This document shows, in pieces, positions 43,978 to 53,473 of a DNA stretch of 53,579 nt (the stretch's first letter is position 1; each line of letters opens with the position of its first letter). The notes under the pieces were generated by a model, which saw nothing but the letters and a program-made list of their open reading frames with translations, made no database searches and was not told where the DNA came from. Origin of the DNA: Chloroflexota bacterium. Its GTDB lineage: Bacteria > Chloroflexota > Limnocylindria > Limnocylindrales > CSP1-4. The translations under genes were made by a program, and so were the position numbers. The stretch covers positions 1 through 53,579 of the forward strand of contig JACCVQ010000030.1 of the NCBI GenBank assembly GCA_013698095.1. Direction: 5' to 3'.

Positions 43978-45387
43978 ATGGCAGCGACCCGATCCCGTGA
44001 CGATCCGGACCCCGGCTCGTCGATCAGCTATTGGCTCGCCGCGTCGCCGGGCGGCGCTCCTCGGCCATCGCTCACGGGCGCAACCCGGGCCGACGTCGCC
44101 ATCGTCGGTGCCGGGTTCACCGGGCTGTGGACGGCGATCGCACTGTCGGACACGGATCCGTCCGTCCGCGTCGTCGTGCTCGAGCAGGAGACGGTCGGGT
44201 TCGGGGCGAGCGGCCGGAACGGCGGCTTCTGCCAGGCGTCCCTAACCCACGGCCTGGCGAATGGCATCCGCCACTTCCCCGACGAGGTGGCGCTCCTCGA
44301 GCGCGAGGGCATTGCCAACCTCGCCGAGCTCATCGCCTTCACCCGAACCCATGGGATCGACTGCGAACTCGAGGAGACCGGCGGCCTGTCGGTCGCAGAT
44401 CAGGCGCACCAGGTCGACGAGTTCAAGGCATGGGTCGACGAAGCGGCCGAGCATGGCGAGGAGCTCGTCTTCCTCGATCGTGATACGGTCCGGGCCGAGG
44501 TCCACTCGCCGCTCTGGCTGGCCGGTCTCTACCAGCCGCCGGGCCGTGACGTCCTCCTCGATCCCGCGAAGCTCGTCCGAGGGCTGGCCCGGGTGTGTGA
44601 GGAGCGCGGGATCACGATCCACGAGCGGACTCGTGTCTCGTCCGTCGAGCGGCGTGCCGGCGGAGTCCGGGTGACGACCGACGACGGCGCCAGCCTCGAC
44701 GCTGGCCACGTCGTGGTCGCGACGTCGGCCTACTCGGGCTGGCTGGCCCGTCTCGAGCAGCACTTCGTCCCGGTCTACGACTATGTCCTGGTGTCGGACC
44801 CGTTGACGCCCGAGCAGCGGGCGTCCATTGGCTGGCATGGCCGCGAGGGAATGTCCGATTCGAACAACCAGTTCCACTACTTCCGGCTCACGGCTGACGA
44901 CCGGATCCTGTGGGGCGGCTACGACGCGATCTACCATCGCAACAGCGGCGTCGGGCCCCAGTTCGACCGCCGGCCGGCCACGTTCGAAAAGCTCGAGATC
45001 CACTTCCGGCGGGCGTTCCCGCAGCTCGGCGACCTGCGCTTTCCGTACCGCTGGGGTGGCGCGATCGACACGACCTCGCGCTTCACCGTCACGTTCGGGC
45101 AGGCGCTCGGTGGCCGCCTGACGTACGCCCTCGGCTACACCGGCCTGGGCGTCGGCGCCAGCCGCTGGGCGGGCGGCATCATCCGTGACTTCATCCTCCG
45201 GCCCGACTCGGACCTCCTGCGCCTTCGCTTCGTCCGGAGCCGGCCGCTCCCCTTCCCACCCGAGCCGCTCCGCTCGATCGCAGTCAACCTCGTCCGTCAT
45301 GAGCTCGATCGGGCCGACCGCAACGAGGGTCGGCGCGGCATCGTCCTGCGGGCGCTCGACGCAGTCGGAATCGGCTTCGACAGCTAG
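43978..45387 (+). CDS. FAD-dependent oxidoreductase (DadA/PuuB-like)
   Basis: VAIVGAGFTGLWTA, followed by GASGRNGG. Confidence 0.88.
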   Translation: MAATRSRDDPDPGSSISYWLAASPGGAPRPSLTGATRADVAIVGAGFTGLWTAIALSDTDPSVRVVVLEQETVGFGASGRNGGFCQASLTHGLANGIRHFPDEVALLEREGIANLAELIAFTRTHGIDCELEETGGLSVADQAHQVDEFKAWVDEAAEHGEELVFLDRDTVRAEVHSPLWLAGLYQPPGRDVLLDPAKLVRGLARVCEERGITIHERTRVSSVERRAGGVRVTTDDGASLDAGHVVVATSAYSGWLARLEQHFVPVYDYVLVSDPLTPEQRASIGWHGREGMSDSNNQFHYFRLTADDRILWGGYDAIYHRNSGVGPQFDRRPATFEKLEIHFRRAFPQLGDLRFPYRWGGAIDTTSRFTVTFGQALGGRLTYALGYTGLGVGASRWAGGIIRDFILRPDSDLLRLRFVRSRPLPFPPEPLRSIAVNLVRHELDRADRNEGRRGIVLRALDAVGIGFDS

Positions 45388-45413
45388 CGCACGGTTCTTC
45401 GCCGCGGAATCCG

Positions 45414-45439
45414 GAAGGCCCCGCCGAAGCGGGGCCTTC
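45414..45439. terminator. Bidirectional stem-loop terminator between convergent genes
   Basis: GAAGGCCCCGC (45414-24) pairs perfectly with GCGGGGCCTTC (45429-39) around a CGAA loop. Confidence 0.65.
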
Positions 45440-45460
45440 GTTCGCGTCGGGGATCGGCGG

Positions 45461-47068
45461 TCAGGCGCCCGGGATGCGGATGGCCAGCAGCTGTCCGCCT
45501 TCGAGCTCGAAGCGAGTTGCCCCGATCTTGTCGTTCTTGAGGATCAGGGAGCCCGCCTGGATATCGACCAGGAACCAGCCCGGACCGAAGGCCGCGGAGG
45601 CGTCGATGATCCCGCTCGATTCCCACGCACCGGCACGCGCCGCGTTGGCGTTGTAGGTGTCGGTGTCGATGGCCGACTCGTCCAGTGACTGGTTGACCTT
45701 GGCGACGACCTCGAGGGTCTTGTCGGACAGGTCATAGCGCCAGATCCGGGCGGTCGAGCCCTGCGGCCCGTTCGAGAACTGGTTGTGACCACCCGGGTCC
45801 TCCTGGATCAGGAGGCTGTTGGCGGTGGTCTCGATGTTGTCCGGCTGATGGATGACGCCGGCGTAGGCGCCATAGCCGCCGGCGTCGGCATCGATCAGGA
45901 TCGACAGGCTGTCGACGACCTTCGGATCGTTCTGGTTCAGAACCATCTTCCAGACCCGGCCGTTCGGGAACGGACCCTGGAAGCTCGACGCCTCGCGCGT
46001 CATCCGCGCCGCCGCCGTAGCGCCCGGCTTGGCCCGCGGCTCACCCGTGTCGGCGAAGTAGACGATGTTGGAGTTCGTGCGGTCGTACGCGATGTCCTCG
46101 ACGCGAATGAACTGGAAGACCTCGTTGGCGTTTGACCAGGTCTCGAGCGGACCCTGCGGCCCCTGGGCGATCGCCTTGGGTACCTCGATGAACCGGCCGG
46201 ACACCTCTTCAGTGCCGGTCACGTCGCTGTAGTCGTTGTTGGCCAGAAGGTCGGTCCCGGGATTGGCGGCGAACGCCCAGAGTGCGCCCTGATCGTTCCA
46301 GACCGCGTTCGTATCCGCGGCAATGTAGCTGTAGAGCTGGGAGGCCGGGGCGCTGAACGTGTCGTCACCCGACAGGATGACGAGGTCCTCGTAGCCCGGG
46401 ATGGCGACACTGTTCTCGTGGTTGTGGCGACCCATCCCGTAGATCGTCTTGTAGGCCCCGCTCTTCACGTCGTACGCGACGACCACGCCGCCCTGCTCCG
46501 GGTTCGAGCCGCCCGCATCGAGCGGGAAGGCCGTGCCGGTCCGGTTGACCGTGTCGGTTGCTTCCTCGTTGGCGAAGAGGATGTCGCGATCGAAGCCCTG
46601 CGCCGCCGTGGCCAGGAAGTTCGAGCAGAAACGCTGGTAGTTGGCGCTCGAGGGGATGACGTACTCCGCGTTCAGCGCGCCCATCGAGTTCTGATTCAGG
46701 GCGATCCGGCTGACCTGCGCGTTCGTGTAGTCGCTGAAGAGCTCCGGCGTGACCGGGAAGGGCACGAGAGAGGTCTCATGGTTCAGGTAGACGTCGACGC
46801 GGCCCTTGCCCTTCACGGTGAACGAGATGCCGTCCATCAGCGAGTCAGCGGTGTAGCCGTCATCGCCGACGGCGTCGCCCACCGTCAGGATCGGCACGAT
46901 CGAGACGTCCGACCGGACCTTGTCGAGCATTGATGGCGCGGTCGTCCTGAAGCCGCCGCTCGCGGCGCTGGCCGGAATGGCGATTGTGGTGGCGGCGACG
47001 ACAGTGGCAGCCAGAACGGCCAACGCGCGAACGCGGCCGAGGGGCGCTCGGGACCGAGTCGGGTCCAT
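45461..47068 (-). CDS. Secreted PhoX/DUF839-like protein (putative phosphatase)
   Basis: ATG at 47068 with GGAGGAGGAG upstream. Signal segment ALAVLAATVVAATTIAIPASA. YGMGRHNHENS and beta-propeller-like repeats. Confidence 0.8.
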   Translation of the reverse strand: MDPTRSRAPLGRVRALAVLAATVVAATTIAIPASAASGGFRTTAPSMLDKVRSDVSIVPILTVGDAVGDDGYTADSLMDGISFTVKGKGRVDVYLNHETSLVPFPVTPELFSDYTNAQVSRIALNQNSMGALNAEYVIPSSANYQRFCSNFLATAAQGFDRDILFANEEATDTVNRTGTAFPLDAGGSNPEQGGVVVAYDVKSGAYKTIYGMGRHNHENSVAIPGYEDLVILSGDDTFSAPASQLYSYIAADTNAVWNDQGALWAFAANPGTDLLANNDYSDVTGTEEVSGRFIEVPKAIAQGPQGPLETWSNANEVFQFIRVEDIAYDRTNSNIVYFADTGEPRAKPGATAAARMTREASSFQGPFPNGRVWKMVLNQNDPKVVDSLSILIDADAGGYGAYAGVIHQPDNIETTANSLLIQEDPGGHNQFSNGPQGSTARIWRYDLSDKTLEVVAKVNQSLDESAIDTDTYNANAARAGAWESSGIIDASAAFGPGWFLVDIQAGSLILKNDKIGATRFELEGGQLLAIRIPGA

Positions 47069-47209
47069 CGATTCTCCTCCTCCAGGGGTCTCGGGGTCCG
47101 GATTGGCGTGGAGCGCGGGGGTTTGATGCAATGGTCGTCCGTCGGCGCGATCTCGACAACTGGCGGCCCGAGCGCGGGTCGCGGCGACGGTGCCGGGGCG
47201 CACCGCCCT

Positions 47210-48892
47210 TCAGGCCGGGGCGGTGACCCAGTGCGGCAGCTCCCTGGCGAGCGTTGCGAGAGGCAGCGAGCCGTGGGCGAGGAGCTGGTCGTGAAAGGCG
47301 CGCAGGTCGAACCGGGAGCCGTCACGCGCGGCCAGCTCGGCCCGCAGCCGCTCGATTTCACGGCAGCCGATCATGTAGGTCAGCGCCTGACCCGGCCAGG
47401 CGATGTAGCGGTCCGTCTCGATCGTCGCGTCGGTCTCGGACAGGCCCGTCTCGAGCAAGAAGTCGATCGACTGCTGGCGCGTCCAGCGGAGGGCGTGGAT
47501 GCCCGTGTCGACGACCAGCCGGGCGGCCCGCCAGGCAACCGCATCGAGCATGCCAAAGCGCTCGGCGTCGTCGCGGAACAGGCCCATCTCGTCGGCGAGC
47601 TTCTCGCTGTAGAGGCCCCAGCCCTCGACGTATGCCCCGCCGACGATCCGTGCCCCGAGCCGGCGGAAGACGGACAGGTTCGGATTCTCCTGTTCGAGCG
47701 CGATCTGGAAGTGGTGGCCCGGAACGGCCTCGTGATACGTCGTCGTCGCGAGCTTCGTGTATTTCCGGCTCGGCAGGTCGTAGCCGTTGGCGTAGTACGT
47801 GCCGCCGCGCGAACCATCGGTGGCCGGCGGGAAATAGTAGGCGAACGGTGCGTCCTTCTCCTTGAACTCCTCGACGGCCTTGACCTCGCAGCCGGCCTTC
47901 GGGAGGGTCCCGAAGAAGCGCGGCGCAATCAGCATCGCGCGGTCGATGTCCTCGCGCGCCCGCTGGAGGAGCTCGTCCTTGGAGCCAGGGGTGTTGGCTG
48001 GATCGTCGTTGAGGCGCTGGCGGTACGCGTGCGGGCTGGCCGCGCCGCCAGTGTGCGCGATCGCGCGGCGCCCGACATCGACGATACGGAGCTCTTCCAT
48101 CCCGATCTCGTGGACCTGCGCCGGATCGAGCTCGAGGGTCGTCCATGACCGGATCTGGGTCCGGTACAGCGAGGTGCCATCGGGCGCGGACCACAGGCCA
48201 GGCTCCTCGCGGGTCGCCTTGAGGTAATCGCCACTCAGGACGTCGAGAAACGCCCGGTCGGCGGGGAGGATGACCTCTTCGGTGATCTTCCGGACTCGGT
48301 CCCGATCCGCCTCCGACGAGACCCGAGCGAGGCTCGGGACGATCGCCTCCTCGAGCGGGATCGCCATCAACCGCTCCAGCTGCGCCACCGTCCGCTCGGC
48401 CACGATCCGTGGCGCCGTCAATCCCGTGTCGAGGCCCTCGCGCAGGATGTCGGTGTTGGCGGCCATGTAGTCGCGGTACGACTCGAGGCGGGCGAGGAAC
48501 ATCTCGAGCCGCTCGGGCGTGTCCGCCGGCTGAAACTGGCAGAGCTGGGGCAGGAGCGTCTGTGGCCCGGAAATCTGGTCGACGACGCGGAGCCGGTGGA
48601 TGCCCTGGTCGTCCTCCTCGATGCCCTGGTCGGCGATCACGATCAGCATGTCGCGGGTGATTCGGTCCTCGACCGACAGGCCGTCGGGCGAGATCGCCTC
48701 CGCGTCGGCTTTCGTGCGCTCCATCAGCCGGCGCGCCTTCGCCCGGCCGGTCGGCCCGGGATCCTCGAGGCGGTCGTTGTAGCGCTCATCGCCGTAGACC
48801 GTCGCCGTCGTCGGGTTGAGCTCGAGGATGCTCGCCCAGAAGCCGTCGGCGAGCTGGTTGACAGGCGAATCGAGGTGATCGGACGGGCTCAC
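47210..48892 (-). CDS. DUF885-family protein (metallopeptidase-like)
   Basis: TTYHEAVPGHHFQIAL, and GWGLYSE. GTG at 48892 with GGAGG 5 nt upstream; the ORF is open to 48994. Confidence 0.85.
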   Translation of the reverse strand: MSPSDHLDSPVNQLADGFWASILELNPTTATVYGDERYNDRLEDPGPTGRAKARRLMERTKADAEAISPDGLSVEDRITRDMLIVIADQGIEEDDQGIHRLRVVDQISGPQTLLPQLCQFQPADTPERLEMFLARLESYRDYMAANTDILREGLDTGLTAPRIVAERTVAQLERLMAIPLEEAIVPSLARVSSEADRDRVRKITEEVILPADRAFLDVLSGDYLKATREEPGLWSAPDGTSLYRTQIRSWTTLELDPAQVHEIGMEELRIVDVGRRAIAHTGGAASPHAYRQRLNDDPANTPGSKDELLQRAREDIDRAMLIAPRFFGTLPKAGCEVKAVEEFKEKDAPFAYYFPPATDGSRGGTYYANGYDLPSRKYTKLATTTYHEAVPGHHFQIALEQENPNLSVFRRLGARIVGGAYVEGWGLYSEKLADEMGLFRDDAERFGMLDAVAWRAARLVVDTGIHALRWTRQQSIDFLLETGLSETDATIETDRYIAWPGQALTYMIGCREIERLRAELAARDGSRFDLRAFHDQLLAHGSLPLATLARELPHWVTAPA

Positions 48893-49035
48893 GGGCGCCT
48901 CCAGAAGTTGTTGGGGGACGCGCACGAGTCGACCCCGGACAGTGGTCGGGTCAGGGTAGCGCGGTCGCGGGGATCGAGAGATCGAGGGCCGCACGCAGGC
49001 ACCGGGCAGCGGGCTCCTGGAGCGGGTCTGGCGCC

Positions 49036-52000
49036 CTACTCGCCGAACAGGCCCAGCTGCTCGCCGCTTCGTTCGGCGACGGGATCGAGGCCGAGGTACG
49101 GCTCCAGGCCGTCGAGTGACAGCTCGTCACGGGCCAGGAACGAGCGAAGGTGGTTCCACTTGAGGACGTGCCAGTTGTCGCGCTCGAACGCTTCCCGCAG
49201 GAGGGGCGAGCGCTCGATCTTGTGGCGCACCAGCTCGGTCCGCTCCGGGGCGATCACGAGGAACCGCACCATGCCCTCGTCCTGGGCGATCCTGACGTGG
49301 CGGCGGAGGACCGGCTCGCTCAGCATGGCGGTCCACTCGACCTCGAACAGGAATGACAGGCGGCCGCGGACGTACCAGGCGCAGTCGACTTCGGCTATTT
49401 CCTCGACCGACCGGTTGATGTGGGACAGCGGGGTCCGCAGATCGCGCTCGTCGAGGCGGTCGCCGAGGCGCCCGCTCCCGAGCCGGCGAGCCTGTTCGCG
49501 GCGGCCGATCCAGACCGACAGCCCCAGGCGATGGCCGCCGTCGGCCAGGGCGGCGATCAGCTCGGCGTGGTCCTGGGCGCGCTTGAGCAGGTCGTCGCCC
49601 GTGATGATCCGGTCCGCGGTGCTCGCCCGGCTGCGGTAGCTGGCGAGGCACGCTCGGACGAGGGTCTCGTCGGGCAGATCGTGGCCGCTGAACAGCCCGG
49701 CGATCCGCTGGAGGAACGCCGACTCGGACATCGGGCCCGACGTCGACAGCAGGCTGAAGACCGCCCACTCGACTCGGTCGGCGAGCGGCACGGCGGCGGT
49801 CTCGCGGTCGCGTGGGTCGGCCAGCCACCAGCGGCCCGGGACCACCTCGGCAAGGCGGCGTTGGCCGCTTTCGGCCATCCCGTCCCGGATCAGCGCGAGG
49901 AGCGACTCGACCTGGTCGGGCGGCGGCTCGGAAGGCCGGAGGATCCGGCGTGGTTCGGTCGCGCCCGGGACGGGCGCCCGACCGGCCACAGCCCGATCGG
50001 ACGAGGGGGCGTGTTCGTCCGCGCTGCCCGCCCAGGCCTCCCGTCGAGGGCTGTTCGTCGGGCTCGTGGACACGTCGGCTTCGCGGTTGCCGGCGGCCGC
50101 CGGCTCGCCCTCGATCGCCGGGTCCATGAGCGCCGGCTCGCTGGCTGCGCGGGCGGGCGGCGCCTCATCGGGGGCGTTCACCGGGCCTGTGGACGGCAGA
50201 CCGCGATCGGCGATCAGGCGTCGGAGTTGGCCGGCGCGATCGAGACCCACAAGCACCTCGCCGAGGAGGCGATCACCCGATGCCGGTTCGCCACGGGCCT
50301 TCAGGCTCTCGACGGCGACCTCGACGACCGTGTGGCGGACGTCCGCTGCCGAGAACGGTCGCCGATCGAAGCGCTCCGGGGCGCTGAACAGGCCGCCGCC
50401 CGGGACGAGGTCCGGGTCGCCCGGTCCGCCCGTTGCGGGATGGAGCGAGACGTTCGCTCGGGTCCGGGGACCCGGCGGCAGCACGGCGCCCGGCGGGACG
50501 AGCTCGACGATCCCGTACGCCTCGTCGTCGCCGTCCCCGAGCCGGGCCGAGCGGAGACGGAAGCCGGCCCCGACCCCGCCGAGGGCCGCCGCGACGAGGG
50601 CCTCGGCGCCCCCGTCGACGAGCTGGACGACCTCACCGTCGCGGGCGAGCGACGGCTCGATCGAGGCAAGCGAGCGGGCGAGCGCGGCTGCCTGCCAGCC
50701 CCACGGCGCCCGGATCGGGGGGCCGGACAACGCCGCCAAAGGCAGGCCCGAGGCGGCTTCCGATCCCACGGTCCAGGCGGTTGCCCAGTACGTCAGCGAC
50801 AGTCGTTCCTGGTTGGGCCGGACCGGCGGCTGGCCGAGCACAAGCCGGATCCGGCGTCGGAGCGTGGGGCCGCCCTCCCAGCCTCGACCGAGCGACGCTT
50901 CGGCGCCGATCGCGCGCGTGGCCGACGGCCCGGTGACCCCGACCACCGCGGTCGCGCTGCCCTCGTCGAGCGACTGGAGGTCATGGCCGAGGCGGGCCTG
51001 GACGGCGCCACCGGGACCGCTCTCGAGCCGCTGGATGAAGCCGCGGACCGTCCGGATGCCGTCTTCGAAAGCCAACCACGGATTGCGCTCGCGCCATTGA
51101 CCCGATCCGGGTGGGCGAACGTGGCCGGCCTGGACCCGGAGCGTGCCCAACCGCCCCGGGTAGCCGTTGAGCCGGCTCGCCGGGAGCAGCGTGTGAAGGA
51201 ATCCGAGCCGCAGTGCCGCCTCCACCGGCGCCGCCCGAAGATCACTCTCGATCCGGTCGAGGATCGCTTCGAGACCGACGAGCTGGCGTGGGGTGTGCAG
51301 ATCGAGCAGGCCGTCGACGAGGTTCGCCCCGCCATCGACGACCGGAAACCGTTCGGCGAGCCGGGCGCGCGCGGCGGCGATTCCCTCGGGAACCGCCCGG
51401 GCGCGGCTCAGGTCCGCCTCGTCGAGCTCGGCGTTGCGCTGGTCGCCACCGCGCTGGCCGCGACAGACGGGGCAGGCGTAGAACTTCCGGGCTCGGGGTC
51501 GATCGCGGTCGGCGCTCGAACGAGCGGCCCGGGCCTCGGCGGCCCGTGGTTCGGCGGCCGCGTCCACGGTTGGCGCATCTGGCGATGCAGCCTCGACAGG
51601 TCCTGCGGCGGCCGGCGGTGTCGCTCGCCGTCGTCCGTCGCCGGGTGGCGCGATGCTGGCCGGCGCCGGATCCTGCTCGGCGTCGAACCCGGCGGCGGCC
51701 TGGAGCTCGGGTTCGTCGACGCCGGACGGCCCGGGCCAGACCACCTCATCGAGGGTCAGGCTTCGACCGCAGGTGGCGCAGCGAGTCGTGAAAAGCTCGC
51801 CGACCGCGACCTTCAGGCTCGTCTGGCCGCGTGGCGAGGCGCCCATCGCCTGGAACGCGGCGTCGAGGTGGCGCAGGTCGGGCGGGCGGAGGACGAGCTC
51901 GGCGAGGAGCCGGGTGAGCGGCGTCGATTCGAGGCTGACCGCCCGGCGCTGGCGGTCGACCGCCGCGCGGGCCACCCAGCCGCCCCGGCCGTTGAGGTCG

Positions 52001-52137
52001 AGGACGACGTCACCGGCCGCGGTGTGCGCGTCGATCCGGCCGGCGATCAGGCCGGGCGGCGGCGGCGGAGCCAGGCGGTCGAAGAACGGTAGCGAGAAGC
52101 CCGGCTCCGCTCGGACCAGGGACGCTCGACCCGCCAT
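49036..52137 (-). CDS. 1033-aa Zn-ribbon methyltransferase-like protein (degenerate motif IV) with a C-terminal PD-(D/E)xK-like region
   Basis: Motif-I-like VVLDLNGRGGW...AVSLESTPL. CxxC at aa 120-123 and 222-225. HTPRQLVGLEAIL. QPPV (50821-50832) where [DNS]PP[YFW] is expected, followed by LSLTYWATAW. C-terminus VDCAWYV...FLFEVEW...FLVIAPE. Confidence 0.75.
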   Translation of the reverse strand: MAGRASLVRAEPGFSLPFFDRLAPPPPPGLIAGRIDAHTAAGDVVLDLNGRGGWVARAAVDRQRRAVSLESTPLTRLLAELVLRPPDLRHLDAAFQAMGASPRGQTSLKVAVGELFTTRCATCGRSLTLDEVVWPGPSGVDEPELQAAAGFDAEQDPAPASIAPPGDGRRRATPPAAAGPVEAASPDAPTVDAAAEPRAAEARAARSSADRDRPRARKFYACPVCRGQRGGDQRNAELDEADLSRARAVPEGIAAARARLAERFPVVDGGANLVDGLLDLHTPRQLVGLEAILDRIESDLRAAPVEAALRLGFLHTLLPASRLNGYPGRLGTLRVQAGHVRPPGSGQWRERNPWLAFEDGIRTVRGFIQRLESGPGGAVQARLGHDLQSLDEGSATAVVGVTGPSATRAIGAEASLGRGWEGGPTLRRRIRLVLGQPPVRPNQERLSLTYWATAWTVGSEAASGLPLAALSGPPIRAPWGWQAAALARSLASIEPSLARDGEVVQLVDGGAEALVAAALGGVGAGFRLRSARLGDGDDEAYGIVELVPPGAVLPPGPRTRANVSLHPATGGPGDPDLVPGGGLFSAPERFDRRPFSAADVRHTVVEVAVESLKARGEPASGDRLLGEVLVGLDRAGQLRRLIADRGLPSTGPVNAPDEAPPARAASEPALMDPAIEGEPAAAGNREADVSTSPTNSPRREAWAGSADEHAPSSDRAVAGRAPVPGATEPRRILRPSEPPPDQVESLLALIRDGMAESGQRRLAEVVPGRWWLADPRDRETAAVPLADRVEWAVFSLLSTSGPMSESAFLQRIAGLFSGHDLPDETLVRACLASYRSRASTADRIITGDDLLKRAQDHAELIAALADGGHRLGLSVWIGRREQARRLGSGRLGDRLDERDLRTPLSHINRSVEEIAEVDCAWYVRGRLSFLFEVEWTAMLSEPVLRRHVRIAQDEGMVRFLVIAPERTELVRHKIERSPLLREAFERDNWHVLKWNHLRSFLARDELSLDGLEPYLGLDPVAERSGEQLGLFGE

Positions 52138-52503
52138 CCGGACAGCCTACTCGCGCCAGGCAGGACCCGTCGGGGCCCGAGCTGGCACTTGGCCGACCTG
52201 GCTCGCGGGTCGAGCCAGGCGCGCGGCCCGACAAGACGCGATCCCTGCCGAAAGGCTGGAATCCCGGCCGAAACGTCGTCAACCAGTCACTCGGGGACTG
52301 GTACGTCGGGATGCACGGCCGCTCGGGATCGAATCGTCGGGCGATCGCGGTGCACCGAGCGTGATGGACTGGCGCGGCGACAGAATGCCGCGGACATTGG
52401 CGCCATACCAGTCCATGGAAGACTGTTGAGCGAAGCTCTCAGGCCCGGGCCGCTCGCCGCGTCGTGACGCCGCCAGCGGCGTTCAGGCGCGCCAGCCCGC
52501 GAT

Positions 52504-53382
52504 CTAGCTCTCGTCGGCCTCGTCGAGCTCTTCCTCGAAGGCTTCGTCGGTCGTGGCCTCGGGCGGCAGGACGCGGTCGAGGTCCTCGATCTCGTCGTCC
52601 TCGTCGTCGTCCTCGAGATCCTCCTCGAGATCCATCTCCTCGCGAACGAGGGTGCCCTTCGTATACGGCCGCAGGTCAGTCGACTTCGCCGCGGTCGGGA
52701 AGGACACCTTGCCGTAGTTGCGGGGGTCCTGGTAGATCTCGCGGATGATGATCCGGACGTCCTTGTCCCCGAGCGAGGTCACGCCCGCGGCGTACTTGTT
52801 GCCGTCGGCCATGAGCTTCAGCAGGCGAGCGGCGACGCGCGGCTCGACGATCCCGATCCGCATCCCGTTGCTTGTCGCGATCAGGCGTCCGCTCTCCGGC
52901 GCGAGCTCGACCGCATCGCCCGGGTTGACCTGGGCGAGCTTGCGCGGATGGGGCAGGTCGGTCAGGAATGCGAAGCCGGTCTTGCCGGTCTCCTCGACGA
53001 AGATCGAGACGGCGGCCTTGCTGCCCTCCTGGGCCGGAACCGTCTTCTCGCCGGCGTCGACGAGGAGGATCCGGAGGCGATCGATGTTGCGCTCGGCGAT
53101 CCGGTTGGTCGGATCGAGGGCGAGTGCCGTCTGGTAGTGCTCGCGCGCCTGGCCCAGCTCGCCGAGCTCCCAGAGCGCCTTGGCGAGGCGGTTCTCCGCC
53201 TCCGCGTCAGGCCCGAGCTCGAGCAGCCGCTGGTTCGTCTCGGTCGCCTCGGCCCACTGCGCCGCCGTCGCCTGGGCGATCGCCTGGTCCGACAGCTGGC
53301 GCTTCAGCCGGGTCTGGTTGACGGCGCTCGTTGCCTGGGTCTCGACGTCGGGAAAGGTCACAGGGAGAGTCTCCGATTTCAT
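52504..53382 (-). CDS. TPR-repeat protein with a central beta-rich domain and a strongly acidic C-terminal tail
   Basis: ATG at 53382 (MKSETLPV). TPR-like AKALWELGELGQAREHYQTALALDPTN. Tail EEMDLEEDLEDDDEDDEIEDLD...EEELDEADES. Confidence 0.8.
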   Translation of the reverse strand: MKSETLPVTFPDVETQATSAVNQTRLKRQLSDQAIAQATAAQWAEATETNQRLLELGPDAEAENRLAKALWELGELGQAREHYQTALALDPTNRIAERNIDRLRILLVDAGEKTVPAQEGSKAAVSIFVEETGKTGFAFLTDLPHPRKLAQVNPGDAVELAPESGRLIATSNGMRIGIVEPRVAARLLKLMADGNKYAAGVTSLGDKDVRIIIREIYQDPRNYGKVSFPTAAKSTDLRPYTKGTLVREEMDLEEDLEDDDEDDEIEDLDRVLPPEATTDEAFEEELDEADES

Positions 53383-53444
53383 GCGGGGCGACGCCGTCGG
53401 GATGGCCGTAGCCGGGTGCCGGAAGCCGATCGGGCGGGCATGGA

Positions 53445-53473
53445 CTTGTAGCATCGCAGGCAGCCCACGTCAA
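53445..53473 (-). promoter_or_regulatory. Candidate sigma-70-type promoter upstream of the TPR gene
   Basis: On the minus strand: TTGACG (53473-68), a 17-nt spacer, then TACAAG (53450-45). It lies about 60 nt upstream of the ATG. Confidence 0.3.
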
